This document shows, piece by piece, positions 24,935-37,039 of a stretch of 64,000 nucleotides of DNA. Both the position numbers and the translations under genes were made by a program. The notes below the pieces were generated by a model that was not told where the DNA came from, did no database searches, and saw only the letters and a list, made by a program, of their open reading frames with translations. Within the stretch, counting starts at the first letter, position 1, and every line of letters begins with the position of its first letter. Source of the DNA: Psammoneis japonica (lineage: Eukaryota); assembly GCA_008632985.1 (NCBI GenBank), contig QPGO01000012.1, positions 248,001 through 312,000 on the forward strand, written 5' to 3'.

Positions 24935-27049
24935 ATGAAAATCAGTTGCAAGGGTGTTTCTCTCCTACTTGCTATTGCTCTTTGCGATGCTGCTGGTACG
25001 TGGCGTTGCTGCACAGCAAATCGGCTTGGGCGACAGAGCCATTTCGATGAGACAAGACCGGCTAACAAATTTGCATCTTTTTATCCTTTATTCTTCCTCA
25101 GACCTGATGACGAAGCCGGGACTTAGGGATGGTGCTTCTCAAAAGGTAAGCAACAACACCGTCTCCGTGGTGTTCATTCCCTTTCGTGGGCCGTTCTGAC
25201 GACTTCTGCTCGTTTGATGAAAACTTTCACCTCTATTCTCGAAGGACATCGTCAACCCTAATGCTGAAGCCGGGTCCGACAGGTTCCTCGCTGTAAGTGA
25301 AAAAAGGATTTCATGTCGTTTAGTTGAACAAACTTCTTCAAAACATCCGAATCGCTCAAAATGTCTTTCAGTATTACTTTCCTAGTGAGGGGGCGTGCTG
25401 TGAAACTAAACGTGGTCGACCTAAATGTACGGTCACACAGCAACGCGATTGTCAAGGTCGCGGCGGCCACTACGTTGGAGACGGAAGCAGCTGCAGACCT
25501 AACAAGTGTGCATCCGTCCCACGTCCCACGCCACCGACTACGCCGAGTCCTCCGACACCGACGTTTGGTGGAAAGGAGGGAGCATGCTGCTTGAGGTTCC
25601 GGTAGGTCTTGTCTTGGTGAATGAGAATCCCTGTCTCTTTGTTTTAACCTCAACGCTTTGCCACCTTGCTTTGTACAAATCGCATTTTGTATTTACAGGG
25701 ATCGATGCTTTGTTGCTTCAGAAGACATATGCACGTTTAAGAACGGAATTTACCACGGGGACGGCACGGTAAGACTCGTCGCTATTGTGAGCACAGAATG
25801 AACATGTGTGAGTAGATCTTGCGATAACCAATTTCATTCTTTCCTATCGTTTTCAGACCTGCATTTCCGGTGGCTGTAGGACCAGGGGAGCATGTTGCTT
25901 GGATTCTGGTGAATGCCTCCCTTTTGAAAAGCAAAACACGTGCCAAAGGGCGCTCGGTGGCATCTTCCAAGGAGTCGGCACAACTTGTCAAGATGGAGTG
26001 TGCCGTGTTACCCCTCCTTCTGGTCCTGGTACTCCGCCGTCTGGTCCTGGTATGCCTCCGTCTGGACCTGGTACTCCTCCTTCTGGTCCTGGTACTCCGC
26101 CGTCCGGTCCTGGAACTCCGCCGTCCGGTCCTGGTACTCCTCCGTCTGGTCCTGGAACTCCCCCTTCTGGCCCGGGTACTCCTCCTTCACCCACGCCGCC
26201 CTCTCCGCAAGAGGGAGCTTGCTGCTTGCCCTTTGGAAACAGGAATTGCGATGTTTTTTCCGAAAAAGACTGCACTCGTCAGGGTGGAGCATACCTCGGA
26301 GACGGAAAGACGTGCGCAAATACAAGATGCCCAAGGCAAGGAGTCTGCTGTCGTGACAATGGCACTTGTGGCAGGACAACATTGTCTGGATGCGATAATG
26401 GAGTCTTTCAGGGTCGCGGTAGTGAATGCGAAGATGAGAATGGCTTAACTATTTGTCAAACGCCGGCTCCCACTCCGTCTCCCACACCTGCTCCCACCCC
26501 GTCTCCCACACCTGCTCCTACGCCTTCTCCCACGGCTGCTCCTACACCTACTCCGACGGGAGCATGCTGTGTGCCATTCGGACGGAACACATGTGAAATT
26601 CTCTCCAGTGCGGACTGCGCTCTTGAAGGAGGAGTATACCAAGGCGTGGAGCTTGCTGCCTTGAAGATGGCAATTGCTTCTTGAGCCCCTTGGCTGGTTG
26701 CAACAATGGCAAAGTCTTTCAGGGTCGTGGCACTGAATGCCAAGACGGCACCGGTGCACCTGTGTGTCCGGCGGGCCCACCCACGGTTGAAGTGGGCCGC
26801 TGCTGCCTTCCCAACGGCGATTGTGATGTAACCACCCCCGCAGAATGCAATGATCAGTTTGGTGTGTATCAGGGAGCCGGCACTAGATGTGGTGGTGCAG
26901 ATGATCGCTGCAGTGAGGAAGGAAGTTGCTGTGTGGGTTTCAAACCGTTCTGCATTGACGTCAATGTTGCGGTTTGCAAGAAGAAGCGCGGTGACTTCCA
27001 GGAAGATACCGTTTGCTTTGACACCCGTTGGTGTCCCGGTGAGGCCTAG
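24935..27049 (+). CDS. Secreted Cys-rich GACC-repeat protein with Pro/Thr/Ser linkers (exons 24935-24995, 25102-25145, 25245-25292, 25372-25601, 25699-25768, 25857-27049), frame break at ~26648
   Basis: Signal peptide MKISCKGVSLLLAIALCDA. Five GT-AG introns that keep the frame. Nine ~40-aa units GACC-x-C-x-C-GGxY/FxGxGxxC-x-C. Confidence 0.85.
26010..26189 (+). repeat. Coding 21-bp tandem repeat, (T)PPSGPG x8
   Basis: act ccN ccN tcN ggN ccN ggN units. A second PTPAPTPS 24-bp array lies at ~26459-26556. Confidence 0.9.
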
Positions 27050-28479
27050 TCTCGGAGACGCCAAGTGACCGTGATCGTAATTCGTAATACGAGTGTTTGT
27101 TTTAGCGAGGACATGATGTGAATCTCAAGCCAGTGATTGTCACCATGATGCCTCTGTATAATCGCACCAGTCCGAGTCCCTCCGCAAGAAGAAGATGAAG
27201 AAGTAAACGGGGCTTGGATCCAATTAAAAAAAAAATAGTGTCCATGTTTTGTGAATGTTGCGCAAGTAGCAGGTGCACCGTAGCAGTTTCATCGCCTCAA
27301 CTGTTTCACTGGTGCTAACGTTTCCTTTGACACCTCCAACAATCCTCTCACGACCACATGATGATGCAAATTCAAGGCACCAGAATAATTGTTCCAACTG
27401 TCTTCAAAGTCATCATGAACGGCCGCCATCCACAAGGTTTTGGTCGCAGATCAATCTGGGATGTTGTTTCTGGTGTCTGAGACAGCGCCATGGCGATTGG
27501 TGATTGATGTTTGAAAGAGGGACTTGGATGATCATGAGGATTCCAGATTGCTCACATTTTTCCCCATTGTTGTCATCACAAGAATAGAACACAATGTTGC
27601 CCCATTGTCAACTGCTTCTCATCTTTGCTGCCTCTCAGGGCAATGATTTGCATCAGTTTGCCCTGGACAAACGTGCTTTCAACAATTTGCAAAGGCTGTT
27701 GACAGTCAGTTGCCCCATCTGTGGCATGGATGCACCCGGGGATTGTGGTCCCCTTGCAAACCTCAACACCACCTGCTTCCCCAGAGGTGAAGCACAAGTT
27801 GATGTGGGCTGGTGCAAGTCAACGATGGCATCATTTGCAGCAGTGAGAAGTTGACACTCACACAAATCTTTGCACACAGGAGACATCCAGACTTGTGACC
27901 TGTGCCAAAATGGAAGATGGGCAGTGGGAAGTGCACAAAGGTGAGCAGCAACAGCACATGAGACAAGCTCATAAGAAACACAAGACATGCAAAAATCTGA
28001 TCACTTGTGTGAACTTTTCTCATCATGGAGAGAGCAAGAGTGGGAACAAGGAGAGAGCAAGAGTGGTTGCAAGAAGGGAGGACACAAGGACTAAAGCAGG
28101 ACACCCATTGTGCAAGGACTGTGAAGGATGACAGGAACTGGTGCAATGCAGCAGGAGACAAACAAGGGCGGGAAGAAGGGAGCATTTTTTAGTGTTTGGT
28201 GCAGAAATGACAAAGCAGAACATTTGCAAATCAGATGACAAGCAGCACACAGCCAATGTGCAATCAGATCAACAAGACAATTGAACATGTCATTGTTGTC
28301 AGAAATGAACAATGTCAGAAAGTTGTTGCATGGAAATGGTTGCTGAGAGATGGAAACAAATGCAAGTGACAAGTTTCATCAACTGTTGTTTCCCTGTGAA
28401 CAGAATCAAAAATGATGTTGAAACAAGCAGACATGAGAAATTGTCAAGAATGTGTGCACAATGAGGCTGATTTGCATTG

Positions 28480-30150
28480 ACTGTCAATTTACACAGACTG
28501 TTAAATCCTGCTTGGAAGGTTGACATGATTGTTAAATTTCCCATTCCCTTTGTCAGTGATTGACAAGCACTTGTCAAGAACACAAAATTCTGAACAAGAG
28601 CATGTGAGTTCTGAACAAGAGCCACAACATTTTCCAGATGCAGCATTGTTGTTGTTGTTGGGGGGGTGTTGGATGACCAACTCCCAAACCCGCAACTCTC
28701 TTGTTTTCATCTTGGATTGCTAGAAATGAAAGGACCAAGATTGTGCAATTGAGAATCTTCTGGGAATTTAAGAGGGAGCAATGGCAAAGATTGCCCATGA
28801 TGCAAAATGTTTTGCAAAAGGATGCCCTGGCAAGCATGACATTTTCCTTGAAAACCCAAGAAATGACAGAAAATGGATGACCCCAACTGCACCAACTTTG
28901 ACAGGCTTTTGCCATTGTTCAAGGCCATCAGGAAGGCAAAGCAGAGTGGGTTGTTGTGGCAAGAACAATGCCACAGCAATGCTGACATCATTGCAGATGA
29001 CAGGCATTTGTGTGCAAACAACATTGCAGCAATGCAAATGATGCATTCCATGGTGCACTCAGAGTCAATCAGGAATCTTTTGTTGACTTCCACTGCACAC
29101 CCAAACAGAACCTGATCAAGAACTTGCACTGCAATGGTCTGCACTGGGGTGCTGATGCCATCAGTGTGTTTCCTCTTGGGACCAACTTGTGTGCCATGTT
29201 GTTCCAATTGGGTCAGACAACCAGCCACTTTACAGTCAATCCATGCTTGCAAGCCAAGTGCAAAGCACAGTTCACAATTTTTGTCAATGCATTTTGGGCA
29301 CCTTCTTCAGTTGCATCTAGAAGCACAAAGATCATGGCATGACCAAATTTGCAAATCGTGCTCATGGGATGTGCCCTCAACATTTGACTCATTGTCGGCA
29401 TCAGAAAGAGGTGTGAGAGTGTGCATCATTCATCCAATTTGCCCAACTGCAAACAGTGTCTGACACAAGGCTTGGTGCCTGCATCCCAAAAAGTGGACAA
29501 TTCTGTCTCAAGTAAATCCACAACAAGTGTGCACATTGAACACCAGCCACCCAGTCTTCCAACACAGAAGCTGCTTCTTTCTGCTGTCTTTGTGGTTGCT
29601 GTCATGTTTTGGGTCATCATTTTTATCCTCCACAACATTCATCACCAAATTGCATGATGGCACATGGACATCTGACTCTTCTTTGCTGGCTTGTGCTGCA
29701 CAACCGCTCTCATGATTCAACTTTCTTTCACCCCAACCTGCCTTGGAGCACAGTCTGACATTCTTGTGCAAACCGTCACGTGGTTCACATGCTTTGCCAC
29801 AGTTGAGAAATTCCAGAAATGCTTCATTGCATTCAAAGGTTGGAAAGCATGTGTGGTCTCCAACAAACTTCTCCAAGGAGCCACCAGGCCTTGGATCATT
29901 GCAAGAGAGAATCACACCTGTTGCCTTTGCCTTTAAACTCTTGACAGCTTGCCTCTCATGGGTCTTTTTCACCATGTCTGATTTTTCAAGCACAGTTTGG
30001 AGCTTGCTGCCCTGGATCTCTGCCACCAAAGCTTCTGCCTCCTTTGTTCTCACCAGCATGCTCTCAAGCTTTGCCTTCAGGAGCATGAGCTCCTCCTTCA
30101 AACTCTTGTGTGCTCTTCCACATCTGCACTCAATGCCTGACATTTTGTGC
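28480..30150 (-). mobile_element. Decayed PIF/Harbinger or ISL2EU-like transposase relic (tentative)
   Basis: Coiled coil followed by HTCFPTFECNEAFLEFLN, LCWKTGWLVFNVH, LDATE and KHGLTVKWLV, reminiscent of the DDE_Tnp_4 layout. Heavily mutated. Confidence 0.45.
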
Positions 30151-30325
30151 TTGATTGTTGGTGTTTGTCATCTTGAGATTGCTGGCATGACACCGCAGCA
30201 TGTGCCACACTCTGCTGGCTGGTGTTGGTGTTGACAGGTTTGGATGGTCTCTCCTTTGTGTGGCTGCTGCCACACTGGAAACCCAGACCAGCAATCAGTG
30301 TCTTTCCTGTCCATCAACCAACAAG

Positions 30326-30864
30326 CCACTGAAACAGAAAATTTTGTGAATCACAAACAAATTTGTGGAGACAAATGGATCGAATTTTTTCATGATGAAA
30401 GCACGTGCGAGGTCTCTGAGTGCTTCATTTTTTGCTTCAAATGAGCAAATGCTGCTGTTTTGACAACCGCAGGTCTGCAAGTGACGTGAAACAACAAACC
30501 AATTGGATTGTTGTCATTGTGAAGAGCCACACGATGTTTTGTTTGTGAGGAAAGGTGGTGCAATCATCCAAAAAGAAGGTCATTTTTGTTGAAATCTTGC
30601 GATGCATCGGCATGAGTTGCTGTCATGAGAAGGTGATTTCCTTTGGAAACAAGGATTTCTTGTCATTTCTTGTGCATCATGTCTTTTCTCAATGAAAGTA
30701 GAAAGAATGCCTGCACCTTGAATTGCACCAGAGGATGTTGGCCATGTTGCAAAGATGATCTTGGAGGGTGACAAGGGTCATTTCTTGACCTGGCGTGCGA
30801 AGATTGTGCGGGGATTAGGAATTTGTTGCAAATTTTGCATGTCGCAATTTTTTCGATTCAGCAG
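30326..30864. mobile_element. MITE family B copy 2, inverted relative to 7443-7964
   Basis: Full-length reverse-complement similarity (e.g. catgatgaaagcacgtgcgag, gtttgtgaggaaaggtggtgcaatcatccaaaa). TSD CAAG (30322-30325, 30865-30868). Confidence 0.82.
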
Positions 30865-32082
30865 CAAGCATGCCAACCACAGCCATGAATGATGCAGAGT
30901 CCATCATGGTTTTGACAAACTGCCAGGTGAGTCCAACTTTTTCTGCCTGCACCCTTGCAAGTGGATGCTGTGAATGATGCCAAGTCCAGTGCACTGTCAG
31001 AGATGCCAAGAGCTTCTCTGCCAGTTCTGCCCAAGACCCAACCAAGCCAAAGTCAACAGTGCTCATTGCTTTCAGTGAGAAGTGCAGTTGTCTTGTGCAA
31101 GATTCACTCAACAGGACTGCAGCAACCATGGCTTGCTCTTTGTCTCCATCACAAGAAGTGCTGTTTGATGTGCTGCAGCAGAAATTCAGACATCGAATTC
31201 AGTCAAATTTCTGGTTGTTGCCCAGTCTGTCCACACCCAGGCCAAAATCTTGAAAAGAAAAAAGGTCTGTGTTCCCATTCTTGAGCTGCTGCTGCAGACA
31301 GTGCAGCTGGCCAATGTTGAACTTCTGTTGCCACTCTTGAACTGGACAATCATGTTCTCAATGCCAGCCACATCAGACATGTGCAGCACACAATTTTGCA
31401 GCCCATTTGTGGGTTGGAAATCCAACATGATCTTTTGCCACATCTTGCCAAATCAGATGCCATGTTTGTCACACGTTCTGCCAACATGCTGCTGAAACCA
31501 AAATCAGCTGCGCTTCCTGTGCACTGCCCCAGTTGGATTTTCATTTTGCCATCACTGCCCTTTGATGCTTTTGCTCTTTTGCCTTCACAGATTGTGCACC
31601 AGTCAATGAGCAGTGCAGAGTTGCATTGGATGAAAGCAGTGGAAGCAGCACACCTCAGACTGTTGCTGATGAAGCCATGCCAACTGTGTTTCCATTGGCT
31701 CTGCCGCTGTTTCCTGTTGATGTTGGACAAGGTGCAACAAGAGGCTGCACGTTCATGGTTGTGCTCAGGTGACAGCAGCATCGTCATCTCTAAACGTGCC
31801 GCCATGGTCAACACAATTCCCACGGGTGGCGCCAAAAGTGTGATGCCTGGCATTAATTTCACACATCTCTCTACCGTTTGTTCATCGCATCCTGGATCGG
31901 GCTGGAGGTGGTGCCAGGTACGGGCAGACGGCCACTGCGATTCTTGCGGCGCTGCTGCTGCGTGTGGCGACAACCAATCCTTGAGCTGTTCTCAGACATT
32001 TTTTCTGTCACTGAATACGGTGCTGAACAATAATAAGAGGAAAGTATTATTTCAGTCTACCTAAAGAGCGAGAGCTGTCAAG

Positions 32083-35000
32083 TCAACCCAACAAGGTGCA
32101 TCTTCCACTACCGGATGCGTCCCAAAAAAGGCAGTCACCGGTAGGAGATCGGTCCGTGTTACCTTCAAATATTTGTTGGGTCTCATCAAACTCGAACGAG
32201 CCAGAACTATACCATCCCACAGCTCCATACTACACCCGGAAATAAAAAAAACACTGCATGAGACAACACACCTGATCAGATAAAATTCGGAGTCATGGTA
32301 CGTTTACTTACACCACGAGAACCCGTGACGCTATTGTTCGTGAAGCTGTTTCCAGCGAGGAGATCGACTCGCCCAAGCTCAACAATAATGGCACCACCCC
32401 CGTTTTCTGCCGAGTTGCCCAAGAACGTACTCTGTGAGATTTCAACTCTGGTTGTAAAATATTGAGCACCAAGAGCAGCAGCCCCGGTTGCCGTATTTCT
32501 CTCGAATAGGGTATTTCTGATTGAAATACGAGCATACCCCCCGCCATTGGACTTGCCTTGAGCAGCAATGGCGCCTCCGTAGAGCTGTGTAACGATTGCG
32601 CAAGAAAGCACGATGGGAAAAGAGTCAACACAGCAAAGCAACGTGCAAGGCAAACTAAAATGAAAAGCAGTGCTGTGACAGCAATGTCATTCTTGTAGGT
32701 CATACACGTACCGCGTGGTTATTTCTGAACACGCAGTCCTCGACAGACATTGTTGTACTCCTCGGATCGCCCCGCACAAAAATAGCCCCTCCATTTCTAC
32801 TTGCATGGCTGTTGTCGAATTCAAGTCCAACAAACGTAAGGTTGCCAAAGTAAAAATTAAAGATACCCCCGTCGTCCTCTGCAACGCGTCCGGCATCGGC
32901 ATTGCCATCAAGGACGCACCGACGCTCAGGATAATCTTCATTTGCACACTTAATCGTCAACTCCCTCGCTGAAATGCCGACACTTCCGTCACCATTATTG
33001 AACAGGATAACGCCAGGGCACAAATTCAATAGAGTCTCATTATTTGATTTCGTTGTTGCAATGGCATCAGCCAACTGATCTCGCGTTTCGACATGTTGGC
33101 ATTCAGGAGCTCCACTTGGCTGCAAAGAAAGCCAGGGAGCATTTGAAGGATACAAACTCGGACGAGAAGAAATTGAGGGAGCATGTGAAGGCTGTGAAGT
33201 GGGTCGAGAAGAAAGCGAGGGAGCAAATGAAGGCTGTGAACTCGGTCGAGAAGACATTGAGGGGGCGCTTGAAGGCTCCAGACTCGGTTGAGAAGATTTT
33301 GAGGGAGCACTTGAAGGCTGTAAACTCGGTTGCCAAGAAATTGAGGGACGTGATGTTGAATGATCTGAGCCCTCTCCATCACATTCCGGATAAAAAAGAC
33401 TGGAATGACCTTTGCTTTGCAGTCACCTGATTCAGAACAGTCTATATCAATCGGTTTCTTCAATACCACCTCCACTCTGTCAGTGGATTTATCAACAACA
33501 TACTCTTGAATAGTTCCACCAACGCGTTCATCGCACCGGAGTGCCGTGGCGCCACTAAATAAACAGATATCAACGGCGTCGTCCTCAGAAAACTCGGATA
33601 GATCAATCGTAGCTGTCGTTGTGTCGCTACAGCCACGTGTGGGACTAAAGGAGGCACAGCACTGCCCCTCGCTACAAATGAGAGGCCCAGGAGTCTCCAG
33701 TGAAGCTTCTGGGTCGACCAGTTCGACAAAGTATCCGTTGGTCTTGAGGACCTTGTAGTATTGAATTGCTTGTCCTTGATTGGGCAAGGTACGGACTACC
33801 GAACTCCCCATCAAGACTCTTACGCCGGAGGATTCTTGTGAGTCGGTCATAATAATCACGAGTGTCGCCACCAGGGCTTGATTTGAAACAGAACATGTTT
33901 CTTTTCCAGCCATGCATTCAACTCCCTCGATCTCAAGTGAAGCTGCATAGTCAATCACTTTCACCTTGTAAACTCCCTTGAGAACTGTAGCTTGAACAAA
34001 TGGCTTGTTACCTTGGTTTGACAGCGTGCGGATGAGTTTGTCTCCGGAGAACAACTGAATATCAGTCGTGTCAGGAAGTCCAGTGGTGTCAACAGAGAGA
34101 GTCTGACAAAATCTGTGGATGCTACCGAGCAGCCAGCCCCGGCCACGGAGCAGATGACATCATTGATTTCCCACGTGGCCGCGTTGTCGATCACCTTTAC
34201 TTTGTATACTCCCCTGAGCACATTAACCTGAACATTCGCCTTGTTTCCTTGGTTTGATAGAGTGCGGACGAGCTTTTCTCCAGAGAACAACTGAATATCT
34301 ACGGAGCTAGGGAGCCCGGTGGTGTCAATTGAGAGAGTCTGACGAAGGTCTGTGGATGCTACGGAGCAGCCAGTCCCGACCACGGAGCAGTCTACTCCTT
34401 CGATTTCAAGTGAGGAGGCCTTGTCAATCACTTTCACCTTGTATTCTCCCTTGAGAACGACAGATTCAACGGATGGCTTGTTACCTTGATTTGATAGAGT
34501 ACGGACGAGCTTTTCTCCGGAGAACAGCTGTATGTCTACCGAGCTAGGAAGTCCAGTGGTATCAATAGAGAGTGTCTGCACAATGTCCAAGGATGATACG
34601 GAGCAGCCAGGTCCTGCAACTAAGCAGTCTACTCCCTCGATTTCGATCGAGGTGGCTTTGTCGATCACTTTCACCTTGTATTCTCCTTTGAGAACGACGG
34701 CTCGTACGGATGACTTGTTTCCTTGGTTCAGTAGAGTGCGGACAAGTTTTTCTCCAGAGAACAGCTGTATGTCAACCGAACTAGGAAGTCCAGTGGTATC
34801 AATAGAGAGTGTCTGCACAAGATCCGTAGACGATACATTGCAGCCATTCCCTGCCACGGAGCAGGCGACCTGGTTGACTTGCCACGTGGCGGCATTGTCG
34901 ATCACCTGTACCTTGTACACGCCCTTGAGAACAACGGCTGGTACGGATGAAATGTTTCCTTGGTTTAATAGAGTGCGAACGAGATCGCCTCTAGAAAACA

Positions 35001-35580
35001 GGTTGCCACCCCAAAGTATCTTGATATCCACCGTGCTTGGGAGCCCTGCGGTATCAACTGTGAGTGTCTCGACAAGGTCAGCGGATGCTACCGAACAACT
35101 AGGCCCCGACACAGAGCAGTCAACGCCGTCCACCTCATGCGAGGCAGCATTGTCAATCACCTTTACCTTGTACAGCCCCTTGGGAACAGCAGCTTCGACC
35201 GAGGCTTTGTTTCCTTGGTTCAAAAGAGTACGAACCAGTTTATCTCCGTTAAAAAGTTTAATGTCGACGGAGCTAGGCAGTCCAGTGGTATCAATTGTGA
35301 GAAAAGCAGAGGAGGCCACAGTTGGTGCGCTTGTCGGATTCTCCGAAGGGAAGGAAGGGTCGAAAGGGGTCATTGAGGTCGCAGAAGGAGCAGCCGACGG
35401 CGTTTCTGACACGAGTGGTGACAAGCGTCTGCCGTTTAAATCCGGTTGTTGAAACAGCGAGGATGACGTGCGCAGCATTCTCTTCTCTTGTTTGTTGAGA
35501 GAGATCGGCGTGAGATTCTCATTGCTGATTTCCCGTGCGCAGCCGACAGATAAAACGAGAAAGCCAAAAAGGAACTTTAT
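32083..35580 (-). CDS. Large secreted/surface protein: ~78-aa beta-rich tandem domains, SxxPS linker and GGAI/FxxN (Pmp or pectin-lyase-like) beta-helix C-terminus; frameshifts at ~34105 and ~33392
   Basis: Signal-like IKFLFGFLVLSVGCA. Repeats LSIDTTGLPSSVDIQLFSGEKLVRTLxNQGNK...KGxYKVKVID...C...C. Motifs NGGAIF, YGGAIA, GGGAII with FxxN. Introns 32585-32711 and 32230-32311 keep the frame to TGA at 32083. Start codon uncertain. Confidence 0.8.
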
Positions 35581-36017
35581 CGCGCCTACCCTGCGGAAGG
35601 AAGGGAAGAGGAATAGAGGAAATGTCTGGTGCTTTTGTGCTGTCCAGCTCCATAGACTTTCAGGGTTTCAGAAAACAGCAGCCCTTTCATCGTGATGCTT
35701 TTGAAGAATGAGTGGTCAGTTCAAACGTTCCAGAACTTTGTGTCGCGACATCTTTTGTGTGCTTCATAGATCTCGGCACAGTAAAAGTACTGTGCAGAAG
35801 CGATCATTACTGTGCTTGCATCATGAATGGATCTCCACGTCAACGTGCTTGAGTTCGCGTCGTTGCGTGCATTCCATAATTGTTTAATGGTAGTTTGGAT
35901 TCGAGGATCGTTGAGATACTTTGCAAATTCGATCCTTTTGTGGATGAAATGTATCCTGATCTGTGTTCAGTGTTCAAGGCTTGACTTCTGGGTTCGCGGA
36001 TCGTTGCGGTGTTGCTA

Positions 36018-36653
36018 TAGGGTTTCTCTATCGTAAAAAAGGAAGCGGTTAGCACACAAGATAAGGAAGAAGATAAGGAAAAATCTTTGTACTAGGATCC
36101 TACGTAGATCCTACGTAGATTATGACGTCACCGATCGCGCGATTGAGCCGCTTTTCGCGCGCCACTTGCCAACAACATCACGCTCGCAAGCACCATGATG
36201 GCACCATGCATCATCAACTCGTCGTTCGTCGTGACAGCCGTTGTCGACGATGGACAATACGGGTGTCCAGACAAAGATCAGGGAGCTCCACATTGACAAT
36301 GCGCATTCAACAAAAAGTCATAAGTCAGCGTTTGGAGGAGTGGTTAACGACGAAAGGCATGCTCTCTGTTGGTCTCCCGACGACGGTATTTTCGCTGCGG
36401 TCACGACGAGGTGGGGCAATCGCGCCAAGAATATGGTCCCCAACAGCGTCTACCTTACTCATTGAATGTAGTGTTTAAAGTACTTCAGTAGCTATGGGCT
36501 CTAGACAAGTCAACCGCTACATAAAAGGGCCATGCCAGTTGCAACTACGTAGTAAATTACCATAATTAATTTTTCCTTATCTGGTTTCCTTATCTTTCCT
36601 TATCTAAGGAAATTCAGGGCCAAATAAGGAATTCCCTACGATAGAAAACCCTA
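36018..36653. mobile_element. Non-autonomous Mutator-like (MULE) element, 636 bp
   Basis: TIRs TAGGGTTTcTCTATCGTA / TACGATAGAAAACCCTA. Inverted subterminal AGATAAGGAA repeats. 9-10 bp TSD GGTGTTGCT(A/G) at 36008-36017 and 36654-36663. Confidence 0.82.
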
Positions 36654-37039
36654 GGTGTTGCTGCGCGAGAGAGAGCGAACTGTGACGGTCTGGTTGTCTG
36701 TTGGCAATCACATTTTTAGAGAGCGAGTTGATGTCTTTTGTGTCCAGAGTCCGTCACTTTTGCAAATGCCGCGGAGTGATGCACTCCCTGAGAATGTGAG
36801 AACAAAAAAACACAGCGTGAGTTCAGAGAACATGTTCACTTGTTTTTGTTGTGAGCCAGATTTTGGGTTGTCAACAGCAGGTCCAATGGCGCCAACACAA
36901 AATCACAGCAATGCCCATTTTTGGCGATTGTGAGGGGTCATGGTTGCAGATGCTTTGTGTTGGTGCTTTTGCAATTCCAGAAATGGCTGTTTCTGCAGCA
37001 TGTGTTTGGTCGCACAGAAAACATGCTGCGCGACAAGCA

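Noticed and set aside
26010..26189. Regular short repeats as a possible CRISPR array
   Set aside because: No unique spacers; third-position variation shows a coding Pro-rich repeat.
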